From Octopus sinensis (lineage: Eukaryota), in NCBI RefSeq assembly GCF_006345805.1, contig NC_043001.1:62124001-62188000 (forward strand): a stretch of DNA of 64,000 nucleotides, in the 5' to 3' direction. Positions 51,928 through 62,899 of the stretch are shown piece by piece; position 1 is the first letter of the stretch, and every line of letters starts with the position of its first letter. Both the position numbers and the translations under genes were made by a program. The notes beneath the pieces are model-generated. The model was not told where the DNA came from, did no database searches, and was given only the letters and a program-made list of their open reading frames with translations.

Positions 51928-52235
51928 AGGTGCAGGTGTGGCTGTGTGGTAACAAACTTGGTTCCAAAACACATGGTCTTCAATTCAGTCCCACTGTGTG
52001 GTAACTTGGCATGTGTCTTCTGCTATAGCCTCAGACCAACCAAAGCCTTGTCAGTGGATTTTGTAGACAAAGTCTTAAAGAAATCAATTGTATGTATATG
52101 TATGTATATATGTAAGTCTATGTGTGTGTCTTTGTGTTTCTCCCTCATCATTGCTTCACAACTGGTGTTCATTTATTTACATCCCCATAACTTACTGGTT
52201 TCACAAGAAACTGATAGAATAATTACCAGGCTTAT
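51928..52235 (+). mobile_element. tRNA-derived SINE (family 1), diverged
   Basis: Head GGTGCAGGTGTGGCTGTGTGGTAAC and a colinear body. Confidence 0.85.
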
Positions 52236-52316
52236 CAAAATATAAAAAAGCACTATGCAGTGTCTCATATTTTTGTTTGTCCACTCAGTTGTATCTATCA
52301 ATTTATCTTGTGTGTG

Positions 52317-52348
<32 letters not shown>

Positions 52349-52373
52349 CGTGTGTGTGTGTGTATATACATAC

Positions 52374-52410
<37 letters not shown>

Positions 52411-52444
52411 TATCTATATATATTATATATATAATATATATACA

Positions 52445-52475
<31 letters not shown>

Positions 52476-52499
52476 TATTATTATATATATATATATATA

Positions 52500-53450
52500 T
52501 CACATGACAAACACCCATACACTCACACTCACATACGTACACACCAACATAAACACGCACACGCACACACACACCTACACTCCCACACACATACACACGC
52601 ACCTACATACACACACGCACGCATACACACGCACACACACATACATTACACACGTACACACACACACCCACATACACATGCATACACACACACACAACAT
52701 GCACGGACACACCCAGACATACACACCTACACCTATATACACGCCCACACACGTACATACACACACATATACACACGCCCACACACCTACATACACACAC
52801 ATACATACACACACATACACGGACACACCCACACATACTTACATACATACACCTATAACACACGCCTACACACCTACATACACACACATGCATACACACA
52901 CACACACATGTACGCACATACACACACATATACGCACATACATATATACCCCACACACATGCACACACACACACACACATACCACATGCATGCATGCATG
53001 CACACGCGCACACCTACACGCATACACACACACACACGCACGTACACATACATACATACACACACGCATACATACACCCATACACATACATGCATCCGAC
53101 ACACACATACATACACACTCACACATACATACACACACACACACTCACACCACCTGTATGTACGCGCACACACATGCACATACACACACTTCCCCACACC
53201 CACACGTACATACATACACACTCACACACATACACACACACACACACAACACTACATCATCTATGCACACACACATACATACACATACATACTCACATAC
53301 ATTCATCGCACACACTGCCACCCAGACATACACACAGACACACTCACACATCCACACACATACATACGTACGCGCATACTCGCAGGCACGCGCACATACG
53401 CACTTACGCCGGCTCGCGTTGCATACGCGTCGCATACACCTCGCCCTTGG
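52500..53450. repeat. Degenerate (CA/TA/CG) alternating purine-pyrimidine low-complexity tract
   Basis: About 950 bp of ACAC/ATAC/GCAC variants; this explains the His/Thr-rich ORFs. Confidence 0.9.
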
Positions 53451-54269
53451 ACCTGACGAGACCTCCCGCCCGTTCCTGGGACCGTCGCGTGTCGTTGGGT
53501 TTTCCCACGCCTGTCTCCGCGGTACCACTCTTCCATCTTCCCCTCAGCTGGAGTCCTTTTTCCTTAACCCCCCCCCCCTTTTTTCGTTACACACACGCGC
53601 ACACATATACACACCTTGCCTATATATATACATCACTCTTACACACATTCAATCTACTCATTAATACCACCACGACACTGGACACACACACACACTACTA
53701 CTCAACACACGCTGGCACGCTACATACGCCCCCACCCCTTCCCCTCCCTCCCTTCCTCCTTCCTTCTTTTTCTTACTACTGACCTCCCTTCCTCCTTCCT
53801 TCTTTTTCTTGTCTGCTAGCTGACCACTAGTCTCGCCCTACCTCACACGCCTAACACAGACGCACACACTAACACCACCTATATTATTATTTTTTTTTTT
53901 TTTTTTTTTTTTTTTTTCATCTCGCCTCACACACACACATACACACACGCACATGCACACACTCACACATACACACACATCTGTTGGGTTACCAACCTTG
54001 TCTCCACTCTTTTGCCTTTAAAACCCACTTTGCTCTGTTATCGTCAACATCCGCCTTCACCATGTGCAACTCGTAAACACCAGTCGTCTTTTTTCTCTTT
54101 CCCTGTTGCCCCTCTGGGATCTTCTTTCCTCTCTCTTCCTTCTTTATGTTTCCGACGAAGAGCTCCGCTCGAAACGTCATACCTCCCTGCTTCCATCTCC
54201 TGAGCGCCTATTAATAATAATACTGTAATTGTTCCTGTGTTGTTGTGTTTTTTGTTTCCTTTTTGGATT

Positions 54270-54309
<40 letters not shown>

Positions 54310-54380
54310 ATTTCGTAGACAAGAACTGAAACAAATCAATCGTATATATATATATGTACATATATATGTAAGTGTATGTG

Positions 54381-57096
54381 TTTTGGTATTGGCAGCATCA
54401 TTGACAATGGTCAGATACTACATGAATTTTGCAGATACCATAACCTGTACATTACTAACACTTTCTTTGCCAACAAGACATCCCACAAGGCATCTTGGAG
54501 ACATCCAAGATCTCACCACTGGCATCGGCTGGATCTCATCATTACACGAAGATCCTTTCTGAATTCTGTTCAACTGACCCGTAGTTACCACAGCGCGGAT
54601 TGTGACACAGATCATTCACTAATAAGAAGCAGGGTGAGTATTCTGCCTAAAAATGTCCATCACTCCAAGAAAATGGGCCGACCACGCATTAACACTGCCA
54701 GAACCTCGGACCCTATACTGCGACAATGTTTTGATGTTTCTATCAAAGTTGCCCTCAGTAGCTGCCCAACCTCCTCTGCTGAAAGTAGGTGGAATTATAT
54801 CAGAGAAGCTTTGTATACCACATCAATAGATACTTTCGGCATGAGAGAAAGGCAAAACCTAGATTGGTTCAATGCTGGGCTCTCAAAGCTGGAAACAGTT
54901 ATCGAAGCAAAGCGTGCAGCTCTGATGCAATACAAGAGGAATTCTTCTACAAAGTCACTCGAAGAACTCAGAAAGGCAAGAAATAAAACCCAACTGACTG
55001 CCAGACGCTGTGCAAATAGGTATTGGCAAGAAATCTGTCAGAGTATCCAGTCAGCTGCTGACAGTGGCGACACCCGTGGGATGTATACCAGTTTGAAGAA
55101 GGCCCTCGGTCCATCCGCAACCAAGTCAGCCCCTCTGAAATCAACTACTGGAGATCTCATCAAGGACCAAAGCAAGCAAATAGATAGATGGGTGGAGTAC
55201 TCTACTCACGGGAGACAACGGTAGCTGAGGCTGCAATCGAGGGTGTCAAGATCTTGCCAGTAATGTGCGAACTTGACAGTCTGTCATCTATAGCAGAGCT
55301 CACCAAGACTATTGACTCCTTAGCAAGTAACAAGTCTCCAGGAAAAGACGGCATCCCCTTAGAGATCATCAAAACCGGCAAAAACACCATCCTACTTCGG
55401 CACCTTCATGAGCTTCTGTGTCAGTGCTGGGTAGAGGGTACAGTCCCTCAGGATATGCGGGATGCTAACATCATTACGCTTTAAAATAACAAAGGTGACC
55501 GTGGTGATGGTAACAATTACTGTGGAATATCTCTTCTAAGCACTGTTGGAAAGGCTTTTGCTCGCATTATCCTGTCCAGGCTACAACTGCTTGCTTCTCG
55601 AATTTATCAAGAATCGCAGTGTGGCTTTAGAAGAAGCAGATCAACTATTGACATGATATTCTCCATACACCAACTTCAGGAGAAGTCCAGAGAGCAGAAA
55701 TTACCATTATATATGGCCTTCATTGATCTGACAAAGGCCTTTGACTTGGTAAGTAGAAAAGGCCTCTTCATCCTGCTCAAAAAAATCGGATGTCCACCAA
55801 AGCTGCTGAGGATCATCAAATCTTTCCATGATGATATGCAAGGCACCATACAGCACAACGGTTCAACATCAGCCGCCTTCCAAATAAAAAATGGGGTAAA
55901 GCAAGGTTGTGTCCTTGCTCCTACATTATTTGGCATCTTCTCGCTGCTGCTGACACATGCATTTGAGACATCAGATGATGGAGTGTTTCTGCACAGTAGA
56001 AGTGATGGGAAACTGTTCAATCTCTCGCGTCTGCGTGCCAAGACCAAAATCAGAAGCGTCCTGATCAAGGAGATGCTATTTGCTGATGATGCCGCTCTGG
56101 TATCACACACAGAAGAAGCCCTCCAAAGGCTCATCAACTGTTTTGAGCAAGCATTATCAACTTTGGCTTAGTTATCAGCCTCAAGAAGACCAACATCACG
56201 GGTCAGGCTACATCGGACATCTCATACATACATATTGGAGACCACAGACTACAGGAGGTGGAGAAGTTTGCCTATCTTGGCTCTACCGTCACCTACAACC
56301 TATCCCTTGATGCTGAGCTCAATATACGCATTGGCAAGGCAGCTGCTGTGATAACCCGACTCTCCATACGGGCATGGGACAACAATAAGCTGACGAAGAC
56401 CACAAAAATAAAGATTTACCAGGTATGTGTACTTAGCACTCTACTGTATGGAAGTGAGACTTGGACGCCATACACACGCCAAGAGTGTCGCCTAAATATC
56501 TTTCACCTGCGCTGCCTCCGGAAAATCCTTCGCATCAAATGGCAGAATCATGTCCCCAACAAAGATGTCCTCAAGCAAGCAGGAATACCAAGCATGTTTG
56601 CACTCCTCACACAAAGACGTATGAGATGGCTTGGACATGTTAGTCGTATGGAAGATGGCAGAATCCCCAAGGACATACTCAACGGAGAGCTTGCTCGGGG
56701 CACTAGGTCTGTGAAAAGACCGTTCTTACGATACAAGGATGTTTGCAAAGGGAACATGAATGCCTGCAACATCAATATTAGCAACTGGGAAGCAGTTGCC
56801 AGCAACCGTGGAGATTGGCGACGTACCGTAAAAGAGGGAACACAAAGGAGTGACATAGAGAGAGAGGAGAATTGAAACGACAAGAAAAGACGTCAACAAG
56901 AAACTATGACATTACAACCAGCCAGGCAAAGTCTTCGCTACATTTGCGGCACCTGCCAGAGGGAATGTTTGTCCAGGATAGGACTACACAGCCACAGCAG
57001 GAGATGTATTAGGACATGAAATGTAAAAGCCTGACTAGCTTATTTTATGCGCAACTCCATTGTCTCCCGAGACAAAAAGGATGCCAACAACAATAA
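54381..57096 (+). mobile_element. RTE-clade (BovB-like) LINE, 5'-truncated, frameshifted
   Basis: AP-endonuclease end SWRHPRSHHWHRLDLI..ADCDTDH, then RT with FIDLTKAFD, GVKQGCVLAP and LFADDAAL, then RWLGHVSRMEDGRIPK. The 3' end is CCATTGTCTCCCGAGACAAAAAGGATGCC with a (CAA)n tail. Confidence 0.93.
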
Positions 57097-57398
57097 ATAT
57101 GGATTTCGTAGACAGGAACTGAAACAAATCAATCATATATATATGTATGTATATATGTAAGTTTATGTGTGTCTTTGTGTTTCTCCCTCATCACTGCTTC
57201 ACAACTGGTCTTCATTTATTTACATCCACATAACTTACTGGTTTCACAAGAACAAACTAATAGAATAAGTACCAGGCTTATCATCATAAAAATACCACTA
57301 GGCTGTGTCTCATATTTTTGTTTGCCCACTCAGTTGTATCTATCAATTTATCTTTGTATGTGTGTGTGTGTATATATATCTATATCTATCTATATCTG

Positions 57399-57451
<53 letters not shown>

Positions 57452-57471
57452 ATATATATATATTATATATA

Positions 57472-57520
<49 letters not shown>

Positions 57521-57529
57521 ATATACATA

Positions 57530-58840
57530 TATTTATAACACCCTAATGGGAGCCTTAACTCCCAAATTTTAGTTATTTCTTTATGTTCCAAAACTAGGTC
57601 AAAAGTACTGAATGGATCTTTATGAAATTTGGAAATTATATTCTTTGCATAAGGGCCATATCCCCCTTGACAATTCATATATTTTTGCTGTTGATGAAAT
57701 TTTAACCATAGATATTAGACACAAATGAAGTAATATTTATAAAATGTCATCTTCTTACAAGTTAGAAAGACCCCGCCATGGGGACTTAACACCCACAATT
57801 TTGTCATTTTATCTAAGCAAAAATGAATACAGTTATGCTCTTGGAAGCTGTAGAGTTATCTGAGCATAAAAGTTGAGCATTATTTGTAATTCAATGGTAC
57901 AACAGTGTAACAGTTTGCTTTGACATACACTTACATTATGATTTCTGCAACGTGCTGCATAAATTGTCAAGTAAATGAGAGGCATCTTTGCCTCCACTGA
58001 TTCAGTTGCAAAGTGTTGAGTAAAGTTATTTGATTGCAGACCTCCTTTCAGTCTTTTTATCACTGGGTCACACATAGTCCCCAGATGGTAACATTGATTT
58101 CAAGGCCTTCCCAGATGAGTGACTGGTTATTCAAAGACATTTATAGATTGTAAATTTATTCTGTCCAGTTATGTATCAGTATAGTTGTCATTTGCAAACT
58201 CCAGAGGTGACACTTTCATTTCTCCTTAGTCCTCACATCTCACAGTTGTTAATGTTTATTTCAGTTGGGTCACGCCCTTCCAATTGCTATAGATTCACAA
58301 TGCATCTTACGGCTGTGCCTGTCACCTGGATGGCGAGGAATCCTACATTGGGAGTGGTAACATCTTGGGTAGGGTAGCTGACCGCTTATTGTGATCATTC
58401 GTCTTTTGGTTTCCTGTAGCTTTGCTCTTTTACAAACCCAATGAACATATATTTCCTATTTCAGAGAAATTTAAATAATATTCTCAAGTTAAAAATATTC
58501 TCAACAATTCAACTTCTCTGGATGACATTAAGATGCCCACCCCCAACAGGGGCCTTAACTCTCACATTTTAGAGCTCCATGACCTTCATTTTTCAGGAGC
58601 AAAATTGTTTTAACAGGTTCAATAAGACTGGAATTTTGGAATATGCGCGTAAAAATCAGTAGTATGGGATTCATGTGGCACGATTACAATTTTTTCGGGT
58701 GCGTAAAGAGGAAAATAACCCTCATCTGCAATTTTGATTAAATTCGAAACATAGATATTCCAGTTCATTACAGAAAATATAACAGAAAAGTCTAATTCTT
58801 CAATTGAATGTAACCAGGCAACGCCGGGTATCTCTGCTAG
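57530..58840 (+). mobile_element. Non-autonomous Helitron, possibly carrying a captured internal segment
   Basis: 3' hairpin CCAGGCAACGCCGGG then CTAG at 58837-58840. A GG(G/A)CCTTAAC..CCC module recurs at ~57548, 57781 and 58549. The 5' boundary is uncertain. Confidence 0.6.
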
Positions 58841-58845
58841 TATAC

Positions 58846-58917
<72 letters not shown>

Positions 58918-59270
58918 ATGTATGTATGTATGTATGTATGTATGTATATATGTATGTATATGAATATGGTCTGGCATTCGCCATGATAGATCGCTAGCCA
59001 CTACATATTCTTTATTTTCTCTCCTTGTTTCTTTCTGTGTTCCTTTCAGTGGAAGAACATAGGCTCGAAACGTTAAAGACTTTTCCACTTCCCGAGCGTT
59101 ATACTAATACATCTGTTTGTTGTCTACACCACCTGTCTTCGTCTTTTTTTTTTGTGAATTCTCTCTCTCTCTACACACACACACATACACACACACACAA
59201 TATATATATATATATATATATGATTGATTCCAGTTCCAGCCTATGAGCTGTGGCCATGCTGGGGCACCGC

Positions 59271-59309
<39 letters not shown>

Positions 59310-59544
59310 GACAAAGTTTAATAAATTTCATCAAATAAATGAAATGAAGCAGACTGGATGTTAAAATGGATTATGCTTTTTTTTCCTATTCCCAGACAAT
59401 TGTTTCAGACAAAAGGATCAAGATTTCCATAAACAGAACATCATAACGGTCGAATTTGTACTCTTCAGTAGCTGAGATTTAAAGTAAAATAAAAATAAAC
59501 AAAAAGACGTTTAAATTGTAGTGACGCTATTCTTGGAAGTTTCA

Positions 59545-59610
59545 GCGCGCATGCGCAGATTGGATTACTTCCGGTAGGCCGTCGGAAGTTCCTCATGCAC
59601 ATGCGCAGAG
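59545..59610. promoter_or_regulatory. Candidate housekeeping or bidirectional core promoter (NRF1, CCAAT, ETS)
   Basis: GCGCATGCGC at 59547-59556, ATTGG at 59559-59563, ACTTCCGG at 59567-59574, CGGAAGT at 59583-59589 and GCACATGCGCA at 59597-59607, in a CpG-rich non-repeat patch. Confidence 0.6.
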
Positions 59611-59934
59611 AACTGCAAACTGAAAGCGTTCCCGCTAAATCTGTCTTTTTGAATCAGCAATCCTACCGAGTGGACGTGACCAACCTTCTCTCAGGGAAAA
59701 CCCTACATATAGAGAAGCTCTCTTCTAAGCAGGAACGGAGACGGTAATTTTGGCTCGCACAAGTGAACATTAGTGTACCGTCTTGTGGACTTGTCTACTG
59801 GTTCGCCCTTAAGGAAAATATGTGTATATATTTTTATTTGCGAAACCCGAAAAATAAAGTATTATTTAAAATTATTTTTGATTGATGAAAACTATATATG
59901 TTTAATACATATATCTGTACATACAAAAGACAGA

Positions 59935-59977
<43 letters not shown>

Positions 59978-60337
59978 TGAATGTAATTTATGCACGTCCA
60001 CAAACTAGCCCGCATGTCGCTCCAATTTTAGGAGGACATTCGTCATGATCTTAGCTGTATTTTCGTCAACCTATTTTTCCCAGATGCACCAGCGAATAGC
60101 AGTTAAAATAATTTTTCGACCAAAAGTTTTAACAATTTTCAAGTCAGAGAAATCACCATTGTTTACAAACAGGAGTTAAGCCCCCTTCTAGCGACGAGTA
60201 AGTTTCTGTTAAGACTTTTGTTGTTGTTGTTGTTTTCCATCGAGGAAAAAAGTGTTTTGTTGATATACGGGCAACATACACACACACGCGAACATGTATG
60301 CGTATAAAAAACATGTATGAAATAGGTGTACATACGT

Positions 60338-60376
<39 letters not shown>

Positions 60377-60424
60377 GTGTGTGTGTGTGTGTATGTGTGT
60401 GTGTGTGTGTGTTTGTGTGTTTGC

Positions 60425-60467
<43 letters not shown>

Positions 60468-60468
<1 letters not shown>

Positions 60469-61205
60469 CAGACTTAGTTGTGATCTGAAAATAACCGCTT
60501 CTGATACAGAATCGGCAGCCCTTTTGGACATTCTATTCTCCTTGCTGGAAGGGTTCCCAACCTATGGGCAAAGGAAGGTTAGATGATGGGGGTCGTGTTT
60601 TCAAAGGGCTGGCATGTGCAACTTGATCACCTCTGCCGATCAAACTCCCAACCCATGCGCTCCCATCACGGCTCTGATTCTGCAGAAGTGGCATGGGTGT
60701 GAAAACCAACTTTAAAGTATAAATATAGATGTTTTTGAATTAGCAATATTGTGTTCGGTTAAGTCCTATTTGGGGTGAAAAATCAATAAACTTATTCCTT
60801 ATGGGGTTTTCCATTTAATCAGGATGAAAGAAATAGATAAACCGATTCCTTATAAGATTTCCCAACAAAATTGGCTATACCCCATTTTCAACCATAACTT
60901 TTACCAATTGTGATGTATTTTGTTCAAACTTGACGCCAGCATTACTTAGGACTCATGGGATCTTTGAATGCTTTAAGTTCTCCAAAAACAAAAAAAATTG
61001 ATGAGTGGAAAAAATCGATAAACCGATTCCTTATGGGATTACCCAATCAAGTTGTTTCCAACTCATTTTCAGCCAAAAATTTACCAATTTCAAAGGATTT
61101 CGCCCAGATTTGCTGTCGATGTTACTTAGTTTGGTTTGAAATAAAGAACTTGATTAGCATAATAATCCTAATTTGATCCCTGGTAAAGCCGGGCTATACT
61201 GCTAG
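60468..61205 (+). mobile_element. Non-autonomous Helitron
   Basis: 3' hairpin CCCTGGTAAAGCCGGG then CTAG at 61202-61205. Shares the AAAGGGCTGGCATGTGCAAC..CAAACTCCCAACCCATG module with 36230-36300. Confidence 0.75.
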
Positions 61206-61305
61206 TATACATGTGTGTGTGTGCGCGTGTGTGTGTGCGCGCGTGTGTGTATTTGTATATGTGTGCATACGTATATTTACGAATGCATATGAACAAGTAT
61301 GTATA

Positions 61306-61382
<77 letters not shown>

Positions 61383-61384
<2 letters not shown>

Positions 61385-61598
61385 GTGACAACTAGTTGGT
61401 TGTCATATTAAAACCTTACCACGTCCACTCATGATTATTTCTTACGAGCAAAATGCATTTTGCTCGTAAGAAATAATCATGGGTGGACGTGGTAAAGGTT
61501 TTATTATGACAACCAACTAGTTGTCACATACTATATCTATAGATAAATTCCTCTATTTTACATAATATCGAGGTTTCATTCATCCTTTTGTTGTCATA
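61383..61598. repeat. Foldback element: near-perfect 147-bp palindrome plus tail
   Basis: Centre GCAAAATGCATTTTGC. Outer arms and tail are shared with 38154-38395. Confidence 0.88.
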
Positions 61599-61603
61599 TT
61601 AAT

Positions 61604-61682
<79 letters not shown>

Positions 61683-61957
61683 CATTTTTTATTAATCAGT
61701 GTGGATATATTTCTATAAGTACGTGTATGTGTGTATGTATATGTATCTATGTCTGTATGTGTGTGTGTGTGTGTGTATGTATATATATATATATAGCGGT
61801 TGTATACTGTCAACTCAATGTGACAGTCCCGTAAGGGAATTACACCACCGCCATTTAGCCCTAGGAAACATCAACGTTTCCTGTCGGCTTTGACACATTT
61901 TCTGTGTATTTACATTTGCAAAGGGGAGGCAATCATCCCCGCCAGCTGGGACTAGCA

Positions 61958-62003
61958 CCTGAAGATATATGTTTCTGAGTGTATTGCTCGTCATCAGTCC
62001 AGG
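61958..62003 (-). ncRNA. Hammerhead ribozyme, mildly degenerate
   Basis: The minus strand reads CCUGGA-CUGAUGA-C-GAG-CAAUACA-CUC-A-GAAA-CAUAUA-UC-UUCAGG: 6-bp stem I and intact core, with mismatches at the bases of stems II and III. Confidence 0.55.
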
Positions 62004-62401
62004 GTAGTCAGTCTTAATAAATTAAGTCTGATATTGTTTATTCCTTTACATGCTTTCGTACCTATACGTTTTTTTTTCTAAATTCGTAAATAACGTATGA
62101 GGAAAAGACATTAGAAATCTATTGAAAAAATTCCTATTAAAGGACGAAGTTAAATTCATCCGGATAAATATATATACATATATATACTGGGGAAAAAATC
62201 TATTTATTTCTTCATTATTATTAGCGCTTTCGTTCCTTTCTCGAATTTGTCAAATCAAATTTTGTGAATGTACAAAGAGCTTGTTCGTTTATATAAAGCA
62301 GATGTTTTGGGGGGTGAGTTTGTTTAGAAGAGAACATTGTGTTTGTTTTTTGGGGTAAGGCCCCATGACAATAGAGATGGATAGATAGAAACATAGGTAG
62401 G

Positions 62402-62507
<106 letters not shown>

Positions 62508-62899
62508 AATTGACAGACAGACAGACAGACAGACAGACAGATAGGTAGAGGGAGAGAGAGAGAAGGGGTATCCCCCATCCTATTCACCATTTATTTATTT
62601 ATTTAGTACTTTCCCATTGTATTGGAAAGGGTTTAAGGATGGTGACCTCTTCAAAAAAAAAAACAGGTGCGGTTTGGTCATCACTGAAAGTCATTTTGCT
62701 TTCTTTCTCTCTTCCCCTTTCCTTCTTTTTTCCCTCTTTCTTTCTTTTTCGCCTCTTTGAGTCATATTTAAAATACAAAATGTACTGTCTTTCCTTCCAA
62801 ACATTCATTTTTGGAGGGAATTTTTTAATGAAATGTACTTAAAATGTACTGTCTTCACTTTCTTTCAAACATTCAATTTTGGAGAGAATTTTTTTATTA

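Noticed and set aside
52260-53782. Long His/Thr-rich ORFs (398, 386 and 262 aa)
   Set aside because: They are translations of a CA-rich low-complexity tract that is open in several frames on both strands.
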